Below are positions 38,474-49,030 of a DNA stretch of 64,000 bases, one piece after another. The DNA is taken from positions 37,344,001 to 37,408,000 of the forward strand of contig CP068257.2 in assembly GCA_009914755.4 (NCBI GenBank). The letters run 5' to 3'. The position numbers and the translations under genes are program-made. The first letter of the stretch is position 1; each line of letters starts with the position of its first letter. The DNA is from the human T2T-CHM13v2.0 reference genome, Homo sapiens. The notes under the pieces are model-generated. The model was not told the origin of the DNA, ran no database searches, and worked only from the letters and a program-made list of their open reading frames with translations.

Positions 38474-39600
38474 TTTTATTTTAGGTTCGGGGGTACCTGT
38501 GGAGGTTTGTTACATAAATAAACTGGTGTGTCATGGGGGTCTGTTGTACAGATTATTTCATCACCCAGATATGAAGCCCAGTACCCAATAGTTATCTCTT
38601 CTGCTTCTCCTTCCTCCCACCCTCCACCCTCAAGTAGACCCCAGCGCCTGTCATTTCCTTCTGTGTTCATGAGTTCGTATCATTTACTTCCCACTTATAA
38701 GTGAGAACATGTGGTATTTGGTTTTCTGTTCCTGTGTTAGTTTGCTAAGAATAATAGCCTCTAGCTCCATCCATGTTCCCACAAAAGACATGATCTTATT
38801 CTTTTATATAGCTGCGTAGTATTGCATGGTGTATATGTACCACATTTTCTTTATCCAATCTGTCATTAATGGGCATTTAGGTTGATTCCATGTGTTTGCT
38901 ATGTGTGCATGTGAACAGTATTCCATGTGAACAGTGCTGCAGTGAACATTCGTGTGCACGTGTCTTTAAGGTAGAATGATTTATATTCCTCTGGGTATAT
39001 ACCCAGTAATGGGATTGCTGGGTCGAATGGTAGTTCTGTTTTTAGCTCTTTGAGGAATCGCCGTATTGCTTTTTACAATGGTTGAACTAATTTGCACTCT
39101 CACCAACAGAGCATAGGAGTTCCCTTTTCTCTGCAACCGTGCCAGCATCTGTTATTAATTTTTTTTACTTTTTAATCATAGCCATTCTGACTGGTGTGAA
39201 ATGGGATCTCACTGTGGTTTTGATTTGCATTTCTCTAGTGATCAGTGATGTTGTGCTTTTTTTCATATGCTTGTTGGCCGCATGTATGTCTTCTTTTGAG
39301 AAGTGTCTGTTCATGTCCTTTGCCCAATTTTTAAGGGGGTTGTTTTTCTTCTGTAAATCTGTTTAAATTCCTTATAGGTGCTGGATATTAGACCTTTGTC
39401 AGATGCATAGTTTGCAAATATTTTCTCTCATTCTGTAGGTTGTCTGTTTACTCTGTTGATAGTTTCTTTTGCTGTGCAGAGGCTCTTAGGTTTAATTAGA
39501 TCCCATCTGTCAACTTTTGCTTTTGTTGCGATTGCTTTTGGTGTCTTTGTCATAAAATCTTTGCCCATTCCTATGTACAGGATAGGATACCAAATATTTT
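38474..39600 (-). mobile_element. Younger L1 (L1PA-like) 3' UTR plus ORF2 3' end, antisense, about 1.1 kb, nested inside the old L1M
   Basis: cttttattttaggttcgggggtacctgtggaggtttgttacataaataaactggtgtgtcatggg...cccacttataagtgagaacatgtggtatttggttttctgttcc...gttgaactaatttgcactctcaccaacag...cattctgactggtgtgaaatgggatctcactgtggttttgatttgcatttctc...ctcattctgtaggttgtctgtttactctgttgatagtttcttttgctgtgcagaggctc. Confidence 0.9.
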
Positions 39601-39627
39601 TTAAAAAGAAAGAAAGAAAAGAAGAAG

Positions 39628-40300
39628 CGTTGTCAAGGATTTGGAAACATCCGAACACTTGTGCATTGCTAGTAGGAATATAAAGTGGTACAGTGTCTGT
39701 GGCATGGTAATTCCTTGAAAAATTAAACATGGAATTACTACATCATACAGCGATTCCACTTCTGGATATCTACATTAGAAAATTGAAAGCAAAGACTTGA
39801 ACAGATATTTGCACAACAGTGTTCATTATTCACAATAGCCAAAAAGTAGAAACAACCCAAATGTCCATCGATAGATGAATAAAATGTGGTACATACATGT
39901 AATGAAATATTATTCAGCCTTAAAAAGAAATGAACTTCTGACTCATGCTGCAACATAGATGAACCTTGAGGATATTATGCTAAATGAAATAAGCCAGACA
40001 CAAAAGGACAAATACTGTATAATTCCATTTACATGAGTTACTGAGAATAATCAAATCATAGAGACGGAAAATGGAATCGTGGTTACCAGGAGATGAGAGG
40101 AGAAGGGAGGGAGGGGGTTGGTGTGTCATGGGTACAGAGTTTCAGTTCTGCAAGATAAAAAAAAGTTCTGGAGATGGATAATGGTGGTAGTTAGGCAATA
40201 GTATGAATGTCTTTAGTGCCACTGAATTGTACACTTAAAAAGGGCTAAAATGGTAAATTTTATGTTAGGTATTTTACCATGATTTTTTTTAAGTTCACTT
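39628..40300 (+). mobile_element. Old L1 (L1M-like) 3' portion, sense; right half, continuing from 38225-38440
   Basis: cgttgtcaaggatttggaaacatccgaacacttgtgcattgctagtaggaatataaagtggtacag...cacaatagccaaaaagtagaaacaacccaaatgtccatcgatagatgaataaaatgtggtacatacatgtaatgaaatattattcagccttaaaaagaaatgaacttctgactcatgctgcaacatagatgaaccttgaggatattatgctaaatgaaataagccagacacaaaagg...cactgaattgtacacttaaaaagggctaaaatggtaaattttatgttag. Confidence 0.85.
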
Positions 40301-41594
40301 AAAAAACATCAGGAGCCTGCACCCCTTTTTGCACCAAGTCTTCCCATCAGAGCAGGGACAGGCCAGGGAGGCTGCCTGTGTCACAGCCACAGGAGACAGT
40401 GGTTTCAGATGGGGATGGGTCCTGGAGACATGGACAACCTCATTCTCTCCTGTCCAATCTCTCACCAGGGATGACACGCAGCTAAGTGGTGGAGCCAGCA
40501 GCCAACCCAGAGACCCTTGTCCTTATCCATCTTCTGCTGTCTGTGCCCACAACCCAGTCTCCACCACTGTGCTGAGGTCCGTCTACTCAGGCCCAGGCAG
40601 ATCATGCACCATACATTCCTCTCTGTTCCTAGGTTCAATCTTTGCCTCAAATGCCCTTTGTTCTCTCGAGCTGGAAAAAGAACATCTGAGGAAGATATTG
40701 ATGGCTGACAGCAGGAAAATCAGAAGTATCTTTGCAAATTAGAAAATAAAGTGAAAGACCTCATAGATAACACTTTCTACAGAAACTCAGCTTTGTTTCC
40801 CTATTCTCGTCCCATCATTGTTACATTCCTGGCCCAGCTCACCCTCGGCACCGGGTGGCACAGCCCAGGAGTGAAACTGTTCCTCACCTCGACAAGCCGG
40901 GGGGACATACAATCCACAGAGCCCCCAGTTTATTTGGCCTCCCCGTAGGTTTCTGCTGCAGCCTGAGTGAGGTTTACATTTATAAGGAGACCCTCATTCT
41001 CAATCTTATAAGGTCCTCTTGGAATATTCCAGACAGGAATGGAGCTGACAAGATGCTTGGAAGGGTGCAGGGCTGCACGAAGCCACCTGTCCATTTCCCC
41101 ACCCTGAGACAGGGTCGCAGTGGATGAGCACCCGCTTTAGGGACATTGGAGGTGGGAAGCCCATTGTCACTCCTGTGTTGACATCACACGCTAGAAGGGA
41201 GTCTGTTTCCTCTCCCTGAATCCCTGACACTGCAAGGAAGTTATTTCCTCGAACTCTTGGGAAGTAGGGGAACTCCTGGCCACCAGCCTTTGTTTAACAG
41301 CCCTTCCTGTTGTCAAAGAGTGATGCCCCCACCGCCCCCTGGCTCTGCTGCAAAGCAGGTGATTTAACTTTGAGTCATCTGGGTGACTTCTCAGAAGCCA
41401 CAGAGGCTCACCATGGCCTGTCACAATGGGAAGACAGCTGAGTGTGAGACACATGGAGACCCAGCCTTGACCACCACTGGGGAGGACAAGCTCAGGAGAA
41501 GGAAGAGGAGTGACTGGGAGGGAGGAAAACACAATAGGACAGTGGCTCCACAACTTGAGCGCCACAAAATCCCCTGGGGCCTGTGAGAACACAG

Positions 41595-41700
41595 ATGTTG
41601 GGGCACCTCCCCAGCATTTCTGATTCAGGAGGGCTGGGCAGGGCCTGAGAATCTGCATTTCCAATGAGTCCAGGGTGGCGCTGAGCCTACTGATGTGGGA
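41595..41700 (-). mobile_element. MER5-like DNA transposon fragment
   Basis: cccagcatttctgattcaggagggctgggcagggcctgagaatctgcatttccaatgagtccagggtggcgctgagcc. Confidence 0.45.
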
Positions 41701-42227
41701 TTGGATAAGGATGCCCCGTGCTGGACATTTCTGGAAGGGACCCACCCACCCTCTACTGCCTCAGGACCAGCCTTGGTGCCCACCCTCCTCCATCCCCACC
41801 TTTGTGCCCACAGCAGGGCTGAATCCTCCCCACACCCACCAACCACCCCATCTCTGCTGCTGCTGTGCTCTGCTCCTCGGACAGTCCTGGGTATTTCCGT
41901 GTCCTGCTCTGCTCTGCATCTCTGAACGCTGCCCCAGGCCTACACCCTTTGCAGGGGCCCTGACCTCCGTGATTTGCCAGTTACCTGCTCCTTATAAAGC
42001 CCCCACCTGCAACCTGACTGACAGACTCAGGGATCCTCGTACCTGCCTGTGATGTCTTTTCCTACCTAGCCTGACCTCCCATCTGCAAAACCCTCCCATC
42101 CTTGGATGCCCAGCTTCACATCCTCCAAGGACTCTCCTCTCCAAGACTTTCCAACTCCCAAGCGCCCACAGAGCAGTCACTGTTTCTCAACTATGACTTC
42201 TTATGAGTAACACTGAAAACACAGATT

Positions 42228-42408
42228 CCTGTCTCTACCAAAAACCTTTAAAAATTAAGAATTAGCTGGGTGTGGTGGCGTGTGCTTATAGTCCTGGCTA
42301 CTCCGGATGCTGCAGCAGGGGGATCGCTTGAGCCCAGGAGTTCAGGGTTGCAGAGATGTTGCCACTGCAGATTGAAACCCTGTCACTAAAAAAAAAAAAA
42401 AAAAAATA
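42228..42408 (+). mobile_element. 5'-truncated Alu (linker plus right arm) with a (A)19 tail
   Basis: cctgtctctaccaaaaacctttaaaaattaagaattagctgggtgtggtggcgtgtgcttatagtcctggctactccggatgctgcagcagggggatcgcttgagcccaggagttcagggttgcag... Confidence 0.9.
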
Positions 42409-42470
42409 CATAAAATAAAATAAAAATAGGTAGATAGATGATTGATAGATATGAAGGTATGATACAGAGA
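42409..42470. repeat. (AAAAT)n / (GATA)n-like simple repeat downstream of the Alu tail
   Basis: cataaaataaaataaaaataggtagatagatgattgatagatatgaaggtatgatacagagatat. Confidence 0.7.
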
Positions 42471-43143
42471 TATATGCCATACTTCATTGTTATTGAGTGC
42501 GTGCTTTTGCAAACTCATCCCCTATGCACACTGCCCCACCTCTCCAACCCAGATCTGGAATACATCCCCAGGCAGGAGCTCCAATAAGTCACTCATCTAT
42601 GTTGTATTATAGTAATTGTTTATACATATACAAACATAAATTTACACTTATTGTTACTATTTGTGTGTACATATGTTTATGGTAGGCAGAATAATATCCT
42701 CCCCGCCTCCAGCAAAATATGACAAAATAGGGCCATCTCCTAATCCCTGGAACCCATGAGTATGTTACTTTCCATGGCAAAAGGGACTTTGCAGATGTGA
42801 TCAAGGTTGAGATGGGAAAATTCTTCTGGACTATCCAGGTGAGCCCAATCTAATCACACGAGCCTTTAAAGTGGGGATCCTTTCCCCGATGTGGGCACGG
42901 AGAGGTGTGAGCATGGAAGGGTCAGAGACAGACGAAGGGGCCACCAGCCCAGGGGCAGGAAGAAGCCGGGAAGCACAGGAGAACAGAATCTCCAGAAAGG
43001 AGAGCAGCGCCGCCACCTTCACGTTAGACCCAGGAGACCTGGGTCAGATGGCTAGCCACCAGGAGTGTAAGATGCTAAGTTTGCATTGTTTTAAGCCACT
43101 GTGTTTGTGATAAGTTGTTAGAGCAGCAGCAGAACTAATACAG

Positions 43144-43184
43144 CGTGTGCGTGTGTGTGTGTCTGCATACACATGTGTGTGCAC
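43144..43184. repeat. (GT)n-rich imperfect microsatellite
   Basis: gtgtgcgtgtgtgtgtgtctgcatacacatgtgtgtgcac. Confidence 0.75.
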
Positions 43185-44316
43185 TTGTATCCCTGCTATG
43201 CCAGAGTTCTTAAAGACAAGATGCATGCTCAAATCACCTTTGTATCCCTTATGGAACCCAGAAGGAACCGTCACAGTGTGAACATATTAGTGTAATTCCA
43301 CCCATATATTAGTAATTCTTAAATGACACAGAATGTACATTGACCGGGGCTGACATTCATTTCTAAGCCAAGAAAAATGGTAATGAGGTGCAAAGAGGAA
43401 ACCTGTTGCCCTTGGGATTATCAAAATCTCTCACCTCAGAAGAGGCTTTCTGGGAGACGTCATGGCCCAAATCAGGCCACAAGGAACTGCGTCTCCGGCC
43501 TGTAATTATTTCCTTTGACAATGATGAGCTAGACTCATGCTGCTGCCAGTAGAACCCTAGAGCCACTGCACCTCCTTCCAGGGCCTCCACCTCCCACTGA
43601 TCCGGCCCAGAGGCAGAGCAGCAGCTACAAGGGCCAAGTCACAGCATGGGGCATCAGAAGACCCCAGGCCGGGCCCTACCCTCTAGCCCCTCACCCCTCT
43701 CCTTGCTGAATGTGGAAGCCAGCTAAGTCCAGGCAGGTGGTTGGAGGGATAGAGAAGGCCCAGGGAGGTTCTGGGTGCCAGACGCAGGAGAGGAGACCAA
43801 AGGTGGGGAGAAGAGGGTGTTCCCAGGAAGGAGACGCCCTGCTGGGAAACCCTGACCCCAGCCAGTGGCCAGGATGCCAGCTCTCTGCTGAGCCTAACAA
43901 GCCTGGTCGCACATACAGCATCGAAGCCCCAGTCCCAACCAGCTGGGCCAGGTGTGTGATGACATCACGGCTCTAATGACCCCGCCAGGTGACCAAAATC
44001 AACCTCGGGTCTGGGATAAAGAGTCACTGACATGATAAATACTGAAAGCCAAGCCGATAAGATGAAATGGGTGGGTGGTTTCCCTTAAAGAGTTACTGAA
44101 GGGTTGTCCAAGCCTTTGACAACCTTCATCAGATGAACAATTATTGGTTGCATGGTTGGTGCGAGCCAGGTGTGGATGCAAAGGTAAGCAACACGTTCCC
44201 TATCTAGGAGGAGGCAGAATAATTAAGATTTCTTGGGAATAAAATCTGACCCAGCTCCTAGCACCTGCTCAACAATCTTAGCTCTTTTATTTACATTTAT
44301 TCAGTCTCAGATTTGC

Positions 44317-44535
44317 TCCCCGCTTCCTGTCCCCATCCCTCAGCTTTTTCTTTTAGAGCAAGCATCTAGTCCTTCTCTTGATACCAATGCAAATAGCCGA
44401 GACCCTTCCATTCATGTAAGACCCCATCTTCTTCCACTGCTAAAGAACTCTTGACTTAGTACAACATAAAAGACTTAAATTGTTTTCGGTTTATCTACAT
44501 GAAGCCTGGCACTCTAAAATTTCCAAAGGATATGG
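44317..44535 (+). repeat. Copy 1 of a dispersed paralogous segment of about 220 bp (unassigned repeat family)
   Basis: About 90% identical, in direct orientation, to 46410-46627 (cccgcttcctgNccccatccctcagctttttcttttag...ccggcactctaaaatttccaaaggatatgga). Confidence 0.8.
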
Positions 44536-45722
44536 AGTTGCTTTGTGACCTTTTGCAACTTCCTTTCTTTGCAAAACAAAAAAAGGTGTCCATCCTTCAA
44601 GCAGCCAGTTAGGTGGTTGATAAATATCCGAGTTCTAAGAAAGAGGATTACCAAGGGAAGAGATAACTTCTGCACCTCCTCACAAGAGTACAGTGTGCAT
44701 GGGATCCTAATTTCTGAACCTGGGTCTTCCATTTCTAAGTCATTCTAATGGCAGATATTATGAAAATATTCTCACTCCCCCACATTGCTCAGAATCTTCT
44801 TGTCATCAGATAATGTCTCATAGAGGAAGGAGTCATTTTCTGGGAGCTCTAACCACAAAAAACATCTGGAGCCTTCTTAGAATCCAGGGTTAAAGGTCAG
44901 GGTGACTGGAACATTTGGGATGGTCACATCGTTCCTCTCCTAGCTTTACGTCAGGGAAACGTGGTACCACAGTGTGATTCGGTACCACAGTGTGATTCAG
45001 GGCTGCGTGTGACATCAACCTGCATGCTCTGGGGGCACGAGTGTGCCCTCATTAAAAACAAGCCCTCAAGAGATGAGAACCAATCTTTGGAGACACCAGC
45101 ATTAAATGCCAGGAGCTTGGCCGTTGGCTGTAGGAATTTCCCAAACAGCAACATCTGTTACTAAGGAAACGACAATATCACTGCAATCCTCTAGCAGCTA
45201 CTGTTTTACAGCACGGACCAGAGAGACAATAGTCTTGCACCTGCTCACTCACTCTGTCCTCCCAGCAGCCTTGCCAGGGATATGTGTATGACATCCTCAG
45301 CACACCCTCGGATGTGATATTGTGTGAATCAGCCCATTCCTCAGATGAGGAGACTGAGGCAGCTGGGAAGTGTATCCTGTTTGGGTCACATAGTGAGGGG
45401 CAGAGCTGTGACGACGAAGGTCTCCCACTCCAGCCCCCTCCGTAGAGCCCTGTCCACGGCATTCAGGCCAACTCTCACACCCGCTGAGTGGCTGTTTCTC
45501 AGAGTGTTTACATCGGTTTCCTCAGCTCTGCAGACCCGGCCTCCTCTACTTCCTCCCTTGCCTTTCTCTCTCCAGCACACGCTCACAAAGAGGAAAAAGG
45601 CCACCGCAGTAAGCCAAGCTGTCTGTCCAGCATGGACCATGGGCCGACACCACGCCAGGCCTCCTCTTGAACCTATTCCCTACAGAGGCCTTGCCAGCAG
45701 CCACAGAGCCTTGAGCAGGAAG

Positions 45723-45792
45723 CGGGCGGGGGGGGGGGGGAGGCGGGGGGCGCGGGGGGGCAGGGGGAGTGGCAGGAGGGTGGGGGAGTGCC
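45723..45792. repeat. G-homopolymer / G-rich tract (13 consecutive G, then GGGGGG and GGGGGGG blocks)
   Basis: cgggcgggggggggggggggaggcggggggcgcgggggggcagggggagtggcaggagggtgggggagtg. Confidence 0.9.
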
Positions 45793-45881
45793 GAGGCTGG
45801 GCCATCACCCTGCCAGATGCTGGAAGGCGCTTGCTTTTATGCTTTCAGAGGCAGGTCCCTGGAAGAAGGTCTCCCCAGCTG

Positions 45882-46312
45882 TATGCATTTCCTAGGGCTG
45901 CTATAAAAATGACCACAAACTAGGTGTTAATTCTTTTGTTCTTGAAACAACAGAAATTTATCCTTTCATAGTTCTGGAGGGCAGAAGTCTGGCAACAAGG
46001 CAGTGGCAGGGCCACGCTCCCCTGAAGGCTCAGGGAGGAACCTTCCCTGCCTGTCCCAGCCACCATCCTCGGCATTCTTTGGCCGTGGCTGCACCGCCCT
46101 CATCTCTGCCTCTAGCTTCACGCGGCCTTCTCCCTGTGTCTCTCTCCCCTTCCTAGAAGGAGAGCAGGCATTGGATTTGGGGCCACTCTAATTCACTATG
46201 ACCTCATCTTGACTTAACATCTGCAAAGACCCTGCTTCTAAATAAAGCCACATTCTGAGGTTCTGGTTAGACATGAATTTGCGGGGGACATTACTCAATC
46301 CACTTAGCAATG
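45882..46312 (-). mobile_element. MaLR LTR (MLT1-like), reverse orientation
   Basis: gtatgcatttcctagggctgctataaaaatgaccacaaactaggtgtt...aaacaacagaaatttatcctttcatagttctggagggcagaagtctggcaacaaggcagtggcagggccacgctcccctgaaggc...atctgcaaagaccctgcttctaaataaagccacattctgaggttctggttagacatgaatttgcggggg. Confidence 0.65.
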
Positions 46313-46409
46313 TCGTGTACTCACCTCCTCTGCCAGGCCTCTCTGGCAAACAAGCAGGAGTCTACCTGTCACCTTCCAACTCAGGAAGGTGGGGCTTGGG
46401 TCCCAGCTT

Positions 46410-46627
46410 CCCGCTTCCTGCCCCCATCCCTCAGCTTTTTCTTTTAGTGCAAGCGTCTAGTCCTTCTGTTGATACCGACGCAAATAGCCAAGACCCTTCC
46501 ATTCGTGTAAGACCCCATCTTCTTCCACCGCTAAAGAACTCTTGGCTTAGTAGAACATAAATGACTTAAATTGTTTTTGGTGTATTTACATGAGGCCCGG
46601 CACTCTAAAATTTCCAAAGGATATGGA
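46410..46627 (+). repeat. Copy 2 of the dispersed paralogous segment of about 220 bp
   Basis: See 44317-44535. The translated ORFs 44233..44454 and 46273..46560 share ...PIPQLFLL.QASSPS.DT.ANS.DPSI.VRPHLLP.LKNS. Confidence 0.8.
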
Positions 46628-48233
46628 TTAGTGGATGGGATGGGGGGATGAAAGGACATCAAGTTTGACTCCATCCATACTTGGGGAACAACTGCAAAGT
46701 TTCCTGGGGGTCTATGTAGGCTGGAAAAGACATGGTCCCAAAGTTACACAGCCTTCATTTCTCAGAGATTCAGTCTTGCACAGAATGTCAGGCAACCAGT
46801 TTTCCAACTTCAGGTTTCTAAGTCGATTTCTTCTCAAGTTCTATGCATCTGTCTATTGGAAAGTCCTGCAGCTGGGGTCGGACGTCCCGGCTGAGCTTCA
46901 GGACTTTATCACATTGGGTGAGCCCATGGGTCCTCAGTCAGAGATTCCACGGTAACATATAGAGAGATGAGGGTAGAAACGTAGCTCACTGTGGCAACCC
47001 CATGACCACCAATGGGGACCGCCACAGTGAGAGTGCTTCCCAAGCTCCACGAGCCACCCAACCCTTCCTGGTCAGATCGGATCACCCCAAGTGACTGTTG
47101 AGATGCACTCAGTGGGTCAGAAAGGCAAGTGGGTGAGAGCAGATCACAGCCCTCCAAGAGCAACGTTCTCTAGGAAGGAATGATCCAGAGAACAGAGTGG
47201 GTGTCAGATGACTTGGGAGAGACACTGTTCCGTGTAGTTGAGGAGATTCAAGATTTAAACTTGAAGAGCTGAGTCAAGTATGAAATGGGGCTTCTGTTTT
47301 TCCACTGGGTTTATTCAAACAGTAGGTCCCCTGCTTCTTCCAGCCCTTTCTGTGGTCGAAAGACATCATCGGTCATGTACTTTCTGTTTCCTCTGTCCTG
47401 CTGGCCCCCAGGTTCCAGGGAATCCTTCTGCCCTCCAGCAAGATGACACCTGATGAAAAAAAAAGAATATCGAGTCAGTTCAAGCTGTGTGCATCTCCAC
47501 AGCACAGCTAGCTGCCCCAGGGGACTGCTCAACTCACTTTGTACTTGAAACATTTCTTTTTTTAACCTAATCTAAATTTAGGAGCTAGCCAACAGAATAG
47601 AATAACAGGAAAACTCACGCCAAAGCCCTGGCACCTCCCACCCTGTCCCACCCAGCTTCCAGCTTCCTCTTTCCTCAGCCAAGAACCCTGACAGCCTGAC
47701 CCTGCTGGCAGAAGGTCCTGTATTTCCCAGCAGCTGATGGCGAAGATTCAGAGCCTCACACTGGAGCCCACCCTGCAGAGCTCCTTCCAGCTAAGGAACA
47801 GGGGCCAGAGAGCTGTGCACAGCCCACGGCCCCTCACAGAGGGGGATCCCAGGCAGAAAAGGACTCAAAATCCAAATCTGGCCATTCACAATCCCCTCCC
47901 TGCATTTACTTCCTCATTACCCTTACAAGTATAGAGAGAACAGAATCGTTTCTGTTTTAGCATAATGTTTGTTAGACAGGTTGTACTCCACGGGTGTGAA
48001 TTTTCTAGAAAAATGTTTCCATTTTATATTTCCATTCAGTTGACAATATAAATTTTAAAAATTAGTCTACTTTCATAAATTCACAGTTGAAAGACAGTTT
48101 TGTAGAATAAGACTAACACAGTATTTTACAAATGAGAAGAGAACCCATTGTTTTTTCCCCCTTTAAGTGGGATCTAAGCATTACTCAAATTTGGAAGAGA
48201 GAAAAAAAGCAGCGTTAGAATAGAATCGATAAT

Positions 48234-48384
48234 CCAGTGGTCCTCAAGGTGTGCTCTTGGGGCCAGCAGCATCAGCATCACCTGGGAGCTTGTTAGAAAT
48301 GCAAACTCCTGGGCCTCACCCAGATCTTCTGAATCAGAACTCTGAAATCCGTGTTTTAACACGCCCTGCAGGGAATTCCGACAC
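48234..48384 (+). mobile_element. MER5-like (hAT-Charlie) DNA transposon
   Basis: ccagtggtcctcaaggtgtgctcttggggccagcagcatcagcatcacctgggagcttgttagaaatgcaaactcctgggcctcacccagatcttctgaatcagaactctgaaatccgtgttttaacacgccctgcagggaattc is a close match to the remembered MER5A consensus. Confidence 0.6.
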
Positions 48385-48764
48385 AACCTAAACCTGAGAA
48401 ACGCTGTTGCAATCTAATGAATATTCAAATTGTTATGCTAGAACCTGGAATTCTAGCATCTCTTAGCACATATTTTTAATTGAACCTAGGGCGTTTCTAC
48501 ACATATTTTCACCTGTCACCTATTTCCCTTTGGAATGGGTCCCTTTGACCTATTATATGATGCCTCAGATCCCAAGAGAGATTTCAGCACAACTCCTGGA
48601 GTTGCTGTATGATGGAGTAACTACAATTCACAGGGTTTGCATCATTCGCTGAGCAGGTACCAGACACCAGGCGCTGCACAAATTCATTTAATCCTCCCAA
48701 CAACCAATGGGATTTAAAATAACAAACTAAAAAAAAAAAACCAACAACAAAAAACACTCTATTA

Positions 48765-48875
48765 ACTTCATTTCACAGATGAGAAAACTGAGGCCCAGAG
48801 AAGTTAAGCATCTTGCCCAAGGTCACACAGCTGATTGGGACAGAGTTAGAGCTGGAGCTCACGTTGCCTGGTCCC
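48765..48875 (-). mobile_element. MIR SINE core (antisense)
   Basis: cttcatttcacagatgagaaaactgaggcccagagaagttaagcatcttgcccaaggtcacacagctgattgggacagagttagagctggagctcacg. Confidence 0.65.
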
Positions 48876-48984
48876 CATACTCACAAGATGTTGACCCTGC
48901 AGGAAAGAAAAATTATCTGGGATGCTTTCTAGAACAGGATAGACATCTAAACCTCTAGGGACTTCAGAGGCAATGAAGTCCACT

Positions 48985-49030
48985 CCTCTATTTCACAGAT
49001 GAACATACTAAGGCCCAGGGGTCTTACAGG
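48985..49030 (-). mobile_element. MIR fragment (antisense)
   Basis: ctctatttcacagatgaacatactaaggcccaggggtcttacagg. Confidence 0.4.

Noticed and set aside
45324-45923. 199-aa Arg/Gly-rich ORF
   Set aside because: It spans the G13/G-rich tract (GGG GGG GGG read in frame) and runs into a MaLR LTR. It is an artefact.
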